NCBI GenBank assembly: GCA_030265395.1
Contig: JARFYF010000017.1
Span: 33,833,339 to 33,897,338, forward strand
DNA length: 64,000 nucleotides
Direction: 5' to 3'
Origin: Rhina ancylostomus
Taxonomy: Eukaryota
Below, piece by piece: positions 51,992 through 63,960 of this stretch (within the stretch, counting starts at the first letter, position 1; each line of letters begins with the position of its first letter). The notes beneath the pieces were generated by a model. It was not told where the DNA came from. It did not search any database and saw nothing but the letters and a program-made list of their open reading frames with translations. The position numbers were made by a program, and so were the translations under genes.

Positions 51992-52197
51992 ACAGAAACC
52001 AAAGGTTCTAGAAATCTGCAGCAGGTCAGATAACATTTGTGGAGGCAGAAACAGAATTAATATTTCAGTTTGATGACCTTTCATCAGTTCTGATTAATCG
52101 CAACACCAACTGTTTCACTATCTACAGATGTTGGCTGAATATTTCCAGCATTTTCTGTTTCATTTTAGATTTCCAGCATCTGTAGTATTTGGTTTAA
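51992..52197. mobile_element. Fold-back copy of the Penelope-like terminal-repeat family
   Basis: Left arm gcaggtcagataacatttgtggaggcagaaacag and right arm ctgtttcactatctacagatgtt..atttccagcattttctg are inverted. Minus strand 52059-52087 reads CTGATGA-A-AGGTCATCAAACT-GAAA-TATT. Confidence 0.72.
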
Positions 52198-52369
52198 TGA
52201 AGGTGTAATTTTCTGATTTCACATTATTAGTGCACAATTAAACAATGCAGGAAAGACAGCACAAAGCGACTGGATCATTTATTTTCATTGACATTTAGCA
52301 CAACTCCCAAGTTACTTAGGACACAGTGGCAACTATTAATAAAACTGCAACCTTTACAACTAGTGAGGA

Positions 52370-52505
52370 GGATAGAAACATGAGTCTTCCATTCTGCTCT
52401 TCAGGCCTGTTCTACCATTCCATTTAATCATGGTTGACTTGCACCTCAACTCCACTGAAATATTTTTAAGCTAAACCTCTTCATAATCCTTTTCAACAAA
52501 ATATG
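52370..52505 (-). mobile_element. CR1-like tail fragment
   Basis: ccattctgctcttcaggcctgttctaccattccatttaatcatggttgacttgcacctcaactcca. Confidence 0.55.
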
Positions 52506-52617
52506 GAAGTGTTACTTGCTTGTACTGCCAAGATTTTAACACAGACAAATTTAGTAGGTAACCTACTCATACGATTAGATCTTTGTAGATTGTGATAGCA
52601 GTTTTAAGATCTTAAAT

Positions 52618-52760
52618 TAAAAGCAGGATGTGCTGGAAATACACAAGTCTGTCAGCATTTGCGAAAGTGAAACCGACTAGCTTCTCTTTTGGGCACAGAG
52701 CCTTATGGATACCGGTGGACTTGATTATGTTTTGTTTCTGATTTCCATCCTTTGCTGCTC
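52618..52760. mobile_element. Very degenerate two-armed copy of the Penelope-like terminal-repeat family
   Basis: aaaagcagga.gtgctggaaatacac..tcagcatttg on the left, ttttgtttctgatttcca on the right. Confidence 0.4.
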
Positions 52761-52921
52761 ATAATTAATAACGTTATTTAGAACATAGAGCTGCATAGAA
52801 CATAGAGAATGATTTATTTACCAAGTCAGTGCTGATGTGAAAATAGTGCTCTCTTTACACAATAGATTTGTTGTGGTTAGACATTTCTTATTTGAAGTGG
52901 AATGATGTTTTCTTGCTGCAG

Positions 52922-53041
52922 GTGGAGTTTGAGTGGTTGCGGCAATTTTGGTTTCAAGGAAAACGTTCTGCAAAACAGAGTGACTGGTGGTTTGGACCGA
53001 TGGCTGTGCTGGAGAATTGCTGGAAAGAAATGGAGCAAATG
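52922..53041 (+). CDS. FTO: FTO exon 7 (120 nt, phase 0-0)
   Basis: Acceptor ..ttttcttgctgcag, donor GTGAGT. Translates [40 protein letters not shown] versus human [40 protein letters not shown]. Confidence 0.97.
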
Positions 53042-53979
53042 GTGAGTAATTCTTTGTATTTTATTTGATCCAGCATTGCTTCTTCTTGGGCCTTATTTGA
53101 AATAAAAGTACAATGTGCAGTTCAGACTGACGTATTTTCAACTATGGATTATCCCTGTTATTGAAACAGTATAAACACATTGAAAATTAAGTTAAGAATC
53201 AAAGTGGTAAAAGAGTCCTCTTTAAGCTCTTTTTGTTATTTGTAAGACAGCCATGTGACTTTAGAGGGAAAAAAGTTTGATGTCAACAGACCTTCCAACA
53301 AACATAAATTAAGAGATAAAAATATCTCAGTTTTTTTTTTCTAATTTAGTTGTTACTACCTTTGCTGTGTAACATATTTGGTCAGAACTTAATGTAACAA
53401 TGACCCCTTTCAACAATTTGTACATTGGTGACAATTGACAGCTTTTCATCTCAGTATCCATATAGGCTTTGGTAAGGTTTTGCTGAACGAGGGCCCTTGG
53501 CAATGGTCAGTGTAAGTGCAGAATTTAAACAGCAGAGGACACTATTGCACCAATAGTGCACTGGAGCAACATCACTTAGAGATCAGAAAAACAAACTGCC
53601 ACTTAACAGCATAAGATTGTGATCTATCACCTGAAATGGTCTTGCTCACATTTTCACATGGTCATCCATTTCCTGGGAACTTGTAAAATAATGAAAGAGT
53701 TGCCTTGATTGACAGGAGTAGGTTTCAGAAATAAAATGAGATAGAAATATCAATGGTAAATTTGGTTCAGTTAACATTTCCAACATGTGCACATGCTTCA
53801 TATTTGTAATTTAAACTGAACCAAATTAGTAATGTACGCAAGGGATACTATTAAAGGACTATATTTAGGCCAGATTGTGAGAGCAAATGTAATTATTGAA
53901 GATTCAAACATTCCAATTTCTCATATGGATTTTGATTTCAAACTAAATAGGACAATATTTAAAAGATAATTGAAAAGTT

Positions 53980-54125
53980 TTGTTTTATTCATTCTTGTTT
54001 TGGGATATGGGTGTCACTGGCAAGACCATCATTTATTGCCAACGGAATTGCACTCGAAGGTGAGCTGCCATCTTGAACTGAGTGACTTTTTGAGCTAATT
54101 CAGAAGGCAGTTAAGGCCACATTGA
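53980..54125 (-). mobile_element. L2-type 3' tail
   Basis: ttattcattct..gggatatgggtgtcactggcaagaccatcatttattgcc..gagctgccatcttgaac is the reverse complement of the 2240-2372 tail. Confidence 0.68.
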
Positions 54126-57100
54126 GCAAAATAGTTAGCAAAATTTGATGTGTGTCTCTATACTTTACTGAGTACAAGAGCGTTCTGTATATTTGTGCCT
54201 CAGTGTGAATCCTTTTTTCTACAATTTCAGTAATATCAAGTAAATTGAGGATTGAGTTGATCTAAATGGTGACAATTAAATCATTCAGATATTTCTGATT
54301 CACACATGATACTGTAAAGAAGTTGATTTTATTGTTGGCATTGTAAGTTGCGACATCATAGTATAACTGATGGGATGGAGGATTCAGTCCCTACACTATG
54401 ATCTAAGTTGCATAGCTATGAAAAAAACACTCAGAACTTTTTTGCAAAAAGGGAGGCAATCAATCAGAGGTAATTCACATCCATGGACTAATTTGACATA
54501 CATTCTTTCAGCTAGTTTATAACTAGTGTTATAGGAAATCTGGCAGCAGGTAGCCTGTTTGTAATCTCTGCTGCAAAAGGTGAGTAGTTATTGGGATCAG
54601 AACAGAAGAGTAATAAAGGGCAACATTCATGTACCGTGAACAAAAACTCACTGTGTCAAACCAGGTTAATGTTTTCTTGACTTTAATTTTGAAAAGTTTA
54701 CACTTGGGCTCTAATGATTTACCAACAGGAGTCCACTGGAGACAAAACTGGGATGTGGATATTTTGATTTTTGTTTGTGTGTATTTGCTTTGTGATTTTG
54801 AAGTCTGGAGTTTGCTTTGCCTAAAGGAAACATGGAGCTTGCACACATTGTAGCTTGCCCTGAAGAACTAAATTTTAGATCATTTCAATAGTATCTTTAA
54901 TAGCATTTTCACTACTAATTTGGTAAGTAACAATGTTATTCATGTAAAATAAATTCTTTCATTTTTCTAAGTCCTTATGTAATTCTGCAGTAGTTTTCCA
55001 AGTTTAATAGCAGGTTCATTTTTGGAGATTGGAAGCTAATTATAATGGTAATTAGATTTCTATTACAATGGATGATCAGTCTCCCTTTCTCTAAAAATCA
55101 TATCAGTTGCCTGTAAAATTTTAAGATGTGCTAACATAGGAGAGAAGCAAATGAATGCTGTGTCATGCCTTATTAACAGGGATGCTTAGTGAAAAAAATG
55201 GCAGAGCAGTCGCTTTAGCAGAATCTCTCAGGGATGTACAGTGTACACCACTTTAGATGAGTTGCCACATTTTGGTGCTTATTATCGTTGCTAACTTTTT
55301 TTTACAGCATCATTCAAATTTGAAATGTGTGCTATCTCATTTACTTTATGAAAAGTTAAACCTATCAAGAGTCAAAATTCTTTTCACTTTAGTTGCCCTT
55401 CTAAAAGTAAATGTCTTTGGTAGTTGGGCTCCAGTGACATTATAATTAGAAGACCCTTGTTGGAGGAGTCCCTGCCACTGGTGGCATTGAGGGAGTTTAT
55501 CTGAAACATAGAAAGGGTTAATGAGTTTATTAATTCAGTCTCCTTGCACTGTCACTGAGAGTTTCCTCCATGCCAAACCATATGGGATCCCAAGAATCAA
55601 CATTTAAACAAAAAAAATCAAAGTGAGAGGACAAGAGAATGCATTGGATTTTTGAGTTAACCAGATTCCTCTAATCTTTTTAAAAAAAATATGTGTACAA
55701 CTGATGAAATTAACTAGTTAAAAGAACATTCGTGTGTCTGAGTGTAATGTATAATGACTGATATAATGCCTGTGTTGGACACCAATTTTATCATGTTAGC
55801 TGTCAGATATTAGGATGTTAGTTTGCCATGTAGTACTGTGAGGATTGTGGATACTTCTTCAAACAACCAATAGGATGATAATGGGACTGGGTGCCCCATT
55901 TGTGCAAGAGCACAGTGACCATGTAGAGCTCTATATTGGATTTGGCTCTCTCACAAGCATTTGGTACTTTTAAGCATGCATTCATTAGAAGAAGCCATTA
56001 TGCTAATCCAGTGAGTTGCTATGTGATAGCCACATGCTGCTTTACATGCTTTTCTTCTATTTGTGCTACAGGAAAGGTTTAAAAGTTCACCATCTCTGTT
56101 ATTGACCTACATTTGCTGAAATTTTAAAACCATCATCAATCAAACTTGCCACTGCTTTTTCACATATCACCATCTCCCTACGGTCTATGTAAGGTACTCT
56201 AGATTGCTTCAGTAAAGTCAGTTTTGCAGAGTGAATCCTTCTTATTATCATATTCAACTGTACAATAATGGCAGTTGGTCTTGCCAGCCGGCATGTAGAA
56301 TATTAAGCAGCTGTAGCTGAACAGGTTTATGGATAGATGAAAGAAATAAGATGGAAATTAAGGAAGTAAAATAAGAAATTAATATAAGGTGGCTATAAAA
56401 ATATTGGGAGTCAAGTGAGTAAAGTGAGCTGCCACTTAAGGTTTCACTTGGCTGGATTTGAAAGGTATTGGTGTGTACATTCATTTTAAATTAAATGTGC
56501 CAAGTTGGGAAAATGTTTATCTGTAAAAAAAAATATACATACCACAGGTTATGGTTTATATCATGGTACAAGATCGATGGTATTTTGACATAAATAAAAC
56601 ATGTTAAGTGATGCTGTAATGAATAGAAAGTATTTTCAAATTCTCGAAAAGGATTATCATATAACAAAGGTTGGATAAAAGTAGGTTTTATTATTTATAT
56701 ATGAGAAATTGCTTTCTTCCATTGAAATTTTTTAAAAATGCAGTAAATCCTTCAGAAGTGATTAGCAGTTTCCTGTGGAATCCTGGGGAAGAGATGACCA
56801 TGCANNNNNNNNNNNNNNNNNNNNNNNNNNNNNNNNNNNNNNNNNNNNNNNNNNNNNNNNNNNNNNNNNNNNNNNNNNNNNNNNNNNNNNNNNNNNNNNN
56901 NNNNCCATGCACCTCAGCTTCACAAGCCCTACATGATGTGTCTCGATTAGCTTTTGAATCCTGAGTTTTCTTGACATTTTGCTGAATGCAAACATGCTTT
57001 CTGTCACATAACATCTTAAGGAACAGTATTTGATGAACTGCAGTGCCAAATATCAGGGATAATTTCAACAGTATTCTGTATATGAACTATAAAAATAGAG

Positions 57101-60100
57101 CCTATCTGATCCTGAAAATGTGGCAGACATGTTATTGTAGTACCTCTGAGATAATGAGACAGGTTTTTTTAAAATGTTATTGGTCGAACTCAACTATGGT
57201 TCAGTAGATTATGTAATAATTTTAAGGAAAGTATTTGGACAATACTTCACTCCCTAAAGCTAATTAAATTCCTACAAAAATTAGTATTTCTTGATTTTTG
57301 CACAGATTTTGAAGCAAAATGAAGTTATTATACACTCTGACTGCTTGTTTGATTAGCTTTTTAATTCCATAACCTTAAATTCATTTTTAATATGGCTTAG
57401 GATGGAGATTTAAATTGGATGGGACTAGGTAGAGATTCCGCTACTAAAACTAAAGAGCAAATATTGAGAACTGCCTCTTTCCTGGGCTTAACTGAGAGTC
57501 CATGCTCCAAACATTAACAAATTAGATTGGGCACAGCCATTCTGTCAGATTCATGAAAAGGGTTTACAAAGCAAGCTTTTCTTTATAACATGAACATTTT
57601 TACTTGTGTTTTAAAAACTATTTTAAAGTATTATGTAACTTGAAATATTTGATTGTCAATCCATTGATGGCCTTTTTTGTGATAGGCTTCATTGCTATCA
57701 AAATAATGTTTTCAAACAAAATTAACTTGAAAAATCCAACATAGTGGTTGTATGGAAAAAATCATGTGATCTGCAGACAGATTTCAGCTATTTGTTTGGG
57801 AGAAAATTATTATTAAATTTCTAATTTCAAGGTGCCATGGTTCTTGAAAGCACAAGTCAAGAATAGATATTTTATTTACCATATTCTAATGGCACTATTT
57901 ATTCCTGGCATTTTATCTCCCTATGGACAGTTCTCCCCCCACAGTTTTCACTGTTGTGATGTAAATGTTGAACCTTCCATTAAAATGACATCCAGATAAA
58001 GCATCAAGCATTTTTGCAAAATTTTATCCTATGAAATGATGAGCTATTAGATGAATGATGCATTTATTGAAAGATGAAGGTTAAGTAAATGTTTGTGCCT
58101 CATAAAAGGCATCTGAGATTGAAGCATTATCAGGTGTGAGATTAAGATAGCCGTCAATACCATTCAAAGATAGTTACCTTTCAAAAGAACCTATACAAGC
58201 TTTGCTTTCTGAGTAAAAGAGGTAACATAAAAAGCCAGAATCTCTTGTGAGATGATTGAGACTTGCTGTGGCTGTTCCTAGATGCATAGGATAGCAATCC
58301 GTCTCCTAGGATCTGTAATCATGCAAACCAAAAGGCAACTAAAATTCACATCAGCTGGAAAATGTACACAATCTGCAGAGTTTAAAAACAGATTTGCTGT
58401 ATGCAAAAGTAAATTGCAAAGAAATGCAAGTTAAATATTTTGCTTATATATTGAGCAGAGACTATTTCAGTAAATTAAAATTAATTGTCACATCTTTAAA
58501 TATATAGTGTTGAGCCATTGTGGCTGTTTTATTAGGAGCTCTGTTAACATTTATTTGCTTATAGGAATCAAAGAATAACAAGTTTTTGAATATTTTGCTC
58601 CATTTTATAGTGTGTAACCACTGCATAATTAGCATTGGTAGTGTTTAGTTTGATTATAATCCTGTAGTATTTTGATAAATAGTAGTTTCACAGCTAGCAA
58701 TATTTCCTTTACAAAGTCAGTGATGAAAGTCACTGAATGAAAAGCCAGTAGGAAGTAGCAAGCTAGTGTAATTCACAATATTACTAGTAGCGCATCTGCA
58801 GAATGTTGCTGCAATCAGTCAGGATAATGCAAATTGTGAAAATGCCTACCTGATTGTAACAGACTGCTTTAAGAAAAATATTTAAGTGAATTCTTGTTCC
58901 CTTAAGCTGTTTTGGTCTGTAGCTTTGGACCTCCAGACGAGGTGTTGAATACCATCCTACTGAGAATACATAGATGACAATATCTGTAAAGGCATCAGAG
59001 TAAACCATTGCATACGGTTGACTTCTATTGTTTAATTCTCTAGTTAATAGCCATTTCTTGTGGTCAGAGAGAATATGCAGCATTCACAAATATCTTGATT
59101 ATGTATCATTACTTATAGAGAAAGCTGTATGCTAAATGAGATTGACCAATCGTTATTGAGACTAATGTCATTTAAAATGTGCTCACCACTACTGAGCTTG
59201 TTAGGAAAAAAGCTAAAACTGATTAAAATGGCTCTCAGCCCTTGTATATTTGACAGCTTTTGATGGTCGAGAGTGTATTAATTTCCAGCTTAGCTGCTAT
59301 TGGCGCTTTGGACAGGTCCCAGGGAAGAATATGAGATTGACCAGGTTTTCCCACTGTGCCAGAAATCTTTTGCAGACACAAAGCAGTACTCTTGTACTTA
59401 GTAGAAGAACAGATAAGGGTTTTCTTGTTGCCATTTAAGTTTTAGCACTAATGCTTTTCTCTGAAAGCTCTTCCCTGGGATGTTGAAAGGGAATTTGCTG
59501 TTTGATTTTTCAAAGGATTTACAAAATGTGGAATAATTAGCTTAAGCTAAAGAGATAAATTGTAAACTATCTAAATAGAAACAATAAAGTTATCACTATC
59601 TTTAGTAAATTAAAAAGTTGTGCATGGGCTAGTCAGAAGCACATACCTCTAATGGTGTAATCACTCAATTTAGACTACAACAAAGGGTAACAATGAGATC
59701 GGAATCACAGACAATTTTCAAGCCAGTTTTTCTCTCATGGTAGTAGGGATGCAGAGTGCCCTGTGCCTCCCCGATGGTGAGTCAAGATTAAAAATGAACT
59801 GCTGGAGATGTGGATAAGGAAAGCAAAAGCTCGAAACAGGAAATGTCAAGTATTGAACATGTTGTTGTAGATGACTACCTCGGAGCTTGATCCTTATCAG
59901 GCTGCAAGAATGGTTGTGAAGCAAAGACCTTTAGATGGAAAGCTGGTCAGTGAAAAATTGCTTCAGGTGGAGCACCTTGGCTTTTCCATGTGACCTATGG
60001 CTCCACAAACACTCTCTGCTTAATGCATCTTCTTTCAGATTTTGTTTCCACATTAACCTTTCTAAAGGCAGACAAGTTCCTTTAGGAAAAAAAGGAAATA

Positions 60101-60989
60101 GCTGTTGCAAAAAAAACAATTACTGTTCATGATAAATGTGAATTTAATTACCACATAAAATAAATTAATTCATTAATATAATGGTGCAGATTTTCATTTG
60201 ATATTCACCGGTAAAACAGGTGGTCAGGATGATAAAATTTAATGTTGTGAATCTACTCTTGTGCTTAAAACTGCTATCCAGTACCAATGGTCATTAAAAG
60301 AATAGCCTGATACTCAACTGATCCAAAACACCAAATTTATGTCTTATATATTACATATTGCTGTAGTACATACAATGATTTTCCTATTCTTGTTTCTCAT
60401 GATATTTCAGCATTTTCCATGAGAAATATTTCAGAAAGCTGAGTATCTGAAAGATGGAATTAACATTCTCAGTTAAGAGACAAGATTACTGAAGTTCCTT
60501 GCGATTCTGAATAAACATTGACACCACTGACATTCTCTCTTAATTGCAGGGCTTTGTAACACCTGTGAGTCACTTATTTTGTTTGTGCCCTCAACTAATC
60601 AGAACTGACAGCAGGTTGAAAGTGGCTTCCAAAAATCTGATTTCTCCATTCAGAATTATGTGCGGTTGTTTTGGTTAGGCATCAAGTTTTGAAGTGGAAG
60701 AAATGATTCTGGATTTACTGGCCCATTTAAATTTCATGGACTACTTCTACACCAACTTAAGTGCTGTAAGATCAGACTATAAAGTTCATGGAGGCCAATG
60801 TGGGACCAGGTCCCAGACAGCAATTTGCAAACATTTAGATTAACAATTGTATTAAAGGGAAAGTATATCCATTTGAAATGCTCCATCATCTTAGAATTTA
60901 TGAATTAAATATATTTAAAGCATGAAATATATACATAATATATATTGTGTGTATATAATATTTTTCATATTTAAAACAGATTATATCAT

Positions 60990-61765
60990 TGATGTAGCAC
61001 CTTTTGTGCAGGAGATCGAGGGACATCAAATAGGAACTTAGAAAAGGAAGAAATCAAGGATTGATAGGAGTGGTTAAATTTAATTTTTAAAAGAAGTGTA
61101 ATGGAAGAACTTGTAATGTAGGAAACTTGCCCATAAACAGCAATGAGATAATTAGGTAATTAGTTTTAATAGACATAAGGATGTACAAAATAGAAGCAAT
61201 AGTAGGCTATTCAATGAATGTACTCAGTGACTGAGCCTCCATAGTCCTCTTGATAGAAAATTCCAAAGATTCACAACCCCCTGTGTGAAATAATTTCTCC
61301 ACATCTCGGTCCTGAATGATTGATCCCTATTTTGAAATAGGGATCCTAGTCTGAGGCACCACAGTGAGGGGAACACAATCTCTGCATCCTACTTTATCAA
61401 GTTCCATAAGAATTTTGTATGTTTCGTTGAAATTGCCTCTCATTCTTTTAAACTTGAGGGATAAACCCAGTAGGCTTGGCCTTACTGATTTTGGTAGAGG
61501 AATAAATGTTTGCTAGAATATCAGTGAGAACTCCTCTGCTTTTTATGTAGAATAGAGTTGTGAGATCTTCCACTATTAACAGAAAGGAGAGACAGTACCT
61601 CAGATTATTGTCTCCTCTCGAGATGATACCACCAAAGGTGCAGCAATCCCTCAGCTCTTCTACGGGAGTGTCAGTTGTGATTATGTACACAAGTCTGTGG
61701 AGCAAGGCATGTATCCCTGACCTTCTGATTGAGAGGAGAGAATGCAACCACAGAACTGCTTTTAT
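60990..61765 (-). mobile_element. Deu-domain SINE interrupted by a CR1 fragment (~61170-61485)
   Basis: ttgtaatgtaggaaac..aaacagcaatgagataat breaks off, CR1-like ttccaaagattcacaaccc..attgcctctcattctttta follows, then the SINE resumes at ttggtagaggaataaat..gagaactcctctgct..gtgcagcaatccctcag..gaccttctgattgagagg. Confidence 0.72.
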
Positions 61766-61974
61766 CCCTGAGGCACTGGGCTCCACAGAGAGAAGAAAGA
61801 GATAAGTTGCTTCATGGAAGATTTGCTGATATCATTAAAGCACAAAATGTTTAAATGGATGTGGAATATGGTTAGGAAGTGGGTTTGATGGAAACTTTAA
61901 AAAAAATGTGTTTTATTGTTTGGACTGATGTGTCCCTCAGGAGTGATACTGGAACCACTAGCTTTATATGCATC

Positions 61975-62075
61975 TCAAAACGGAGGCTCATCACCAAGGG
62001 CAATTAGAGATGGGAAAAATATGCTGTCTTTGGCAGTGTGCCCAGATCCCATAAAATAAAGGTATAAAAGAAAAA
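61975..62075 (+). mobile_element. L2-type 3' tail
   Basis: ggctcatcaccaagggcaattagagatggga..gctgtctttggcagtgtgcccagatccca. Confidence 0.65.
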
Positions 62076-62204
62076 AATTTTAAAGTTTAGATATTTATGT
62101 ACTGGTGGCATATGGAATAAGAAGCTGAGAAAGACCATGGATATGTGAGATGAACAACATTAAAATAGCAATAGAAGTGATGCCATAGAGAGGGAACAGA
62201 AAAC

Positions 62205-63470
62205 AAAGTAAGAATAAACAGTAATTTTAGGGTTGAAAGGCTATGATTAGTGAGGTGCCAGAGGGATCAGTGCTGGGGCCTCATCTGTTCGCATCGTGCA
62301 TTTGGATAAGGAAACCAAGTATAACCTATCCAAGTTTGCTGATGATACAAAGCTGGNNNNNNNNNNNNNNNNNNNNNNNNNNNNNNNNNNNNNNNNNNNN
62401 NNNNNNNCGGGCTTGTTGGATATGGAAATGCTAAGTGAATTGGCAATAATGTGGCAGTTGGATTTTATTGTGGGAAAAATGTGGAGTCATCCATTTTGGT
62501 AGAACAAAATAGAAAAGCAGGGGTATTTTTTAAATGATGAGGGATTGAAAAACATAATAACATTTCCATCATAGCTCTACCAAAATGGAGATCCCTATAT
62601 ATGGGTGAATTGGAGAAGAAAATTGCACACACGCATCAAAATGAATTATGATTAACTGAAGGGTTGGAAGTGATTTTAGTTGAATGTAAACAGGGTAGTA
62701 GATTACCTGTTTAGATGTTATATGAAATTTAATGTGCAAAATGTGATGCATTTTGGAAAGGCATAAATGATAAGGGCATACAAATTGCAAGATGAAATTA
62801 AGGACTCAGTGATTCAAAAACGCAAATCTTCATGGATGAGAGAATACTTTATATTCATTGAAGCCTAATGGATCTGAGAATATATATGTAGATATATAAA
62901 ATATAAAAAGTAATGCATTAAATAATGAAAGGTTATTTGGGTAAAATCCATAAAGCTGCCCCCCAGCAAGGCTTTCTCCAATCACTTTACTGTTGTGTAC
63001 TGCATTACTGCCAACATTGAAACATACCTCAATTCTGATGTTTGTTATGTCCTGTTATAGAATGGTATCATGGCATATAAGAGGTTGAAAAATGTTGATA
63101 CAGAGAAACTTTAATTACGAGAAGAAACTTTACAAACTGAGATCAGTGGAAATTAAGAAAATATATTGGAGGGGAGTTCAAAGTGAAAGGCTTTTGATGA
63201 AGTAAATAGTGGAATAACTTTTCCACTATTGTTGGTCAATCGCAAAATCATGAATTTATGATCAAAAGAACAATGGGGAGATTAGGAAGACTTTTTATTG
63301 CATTTGTAAAACTGTGGGGGACAAAAACTGGCAGATGTAGAAGCCAAAACAGATTTTAAAAACAAAAGTATATTTGAAACCATATAGAAATTGGGCCAAG
63401 GAATGAAATGGAAGAATGTGGTGTTGATGTGATGAACTAAACAGCCTCATTTAATGTTATAAAATTCTAT
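62205..63470 (+). mobile_element. Decayed CR1-like LINE fragments (probably more than one insertion)
   Basis: ORFs 62243 and 62296 give SEVPEGSVLGP and SKFADDTKL. Further degenerate CR1-like 3' sequence at ~63050-63470. Confidence 0.7.
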
Positions 63471-63647
63471 TAAGTTCTACTTAAAAACAACTTCTGATTT
63501 TTAACTGTAATGCTTGTTGTGAGAAAAGGGCAAACTTGCTGCCCTGCCATATTCTGGTGAGAATGGATTATCTTCTCTCTGAATTTTATTTATCTCCATG
63601 CATGGCAGCACCTGGCTTCTGTTGTCGGACAAAGCTTTGCAGAATTT

Positions 63648-63960
63648 GGGGGTAGTATTAGCACTGTTGTTATGTTACTGGACTTGTACTTGAGAGGCCT
63701 GATTGATCATCTGGAGAGATGAATTTAAATCCACCATGATTGCTGGGGAATTTCAATTAAGGCAATTAAATTATCTTTGGAGTATTAAAATGGTGTCAGT
63801 AGTAGTGACCAGCTTGCCACAATAACCATCTGGTTCACTAATATCTTTTAGAGAAGGAAATCTGCCACTCTTACCTGGCCTGACCTTACATGTCTCTGGA
63901 CCCACAGCAACGTGATTGAATCTGAACTGCTGTCTGAAATAGCCGAGCTAATCACAAATT
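63648..63960 (+). mobile_element. tRNA-derived SINE (elasmobranch type), decayed
   Basis: gttatgttactggact..gaggcctg..gaatttaaatccacca head, then ccatctggttcactaatatcttttagagaaggaaatctgcc..gacccacagcaacgtgattga body. Confidence 0.7.

Noticed and set aside
59880-59935. LQEW-like peptide as a possible FTO exon 8
   Set aside because: In-frame stop right after it and no similarity to the rest of exon 8.
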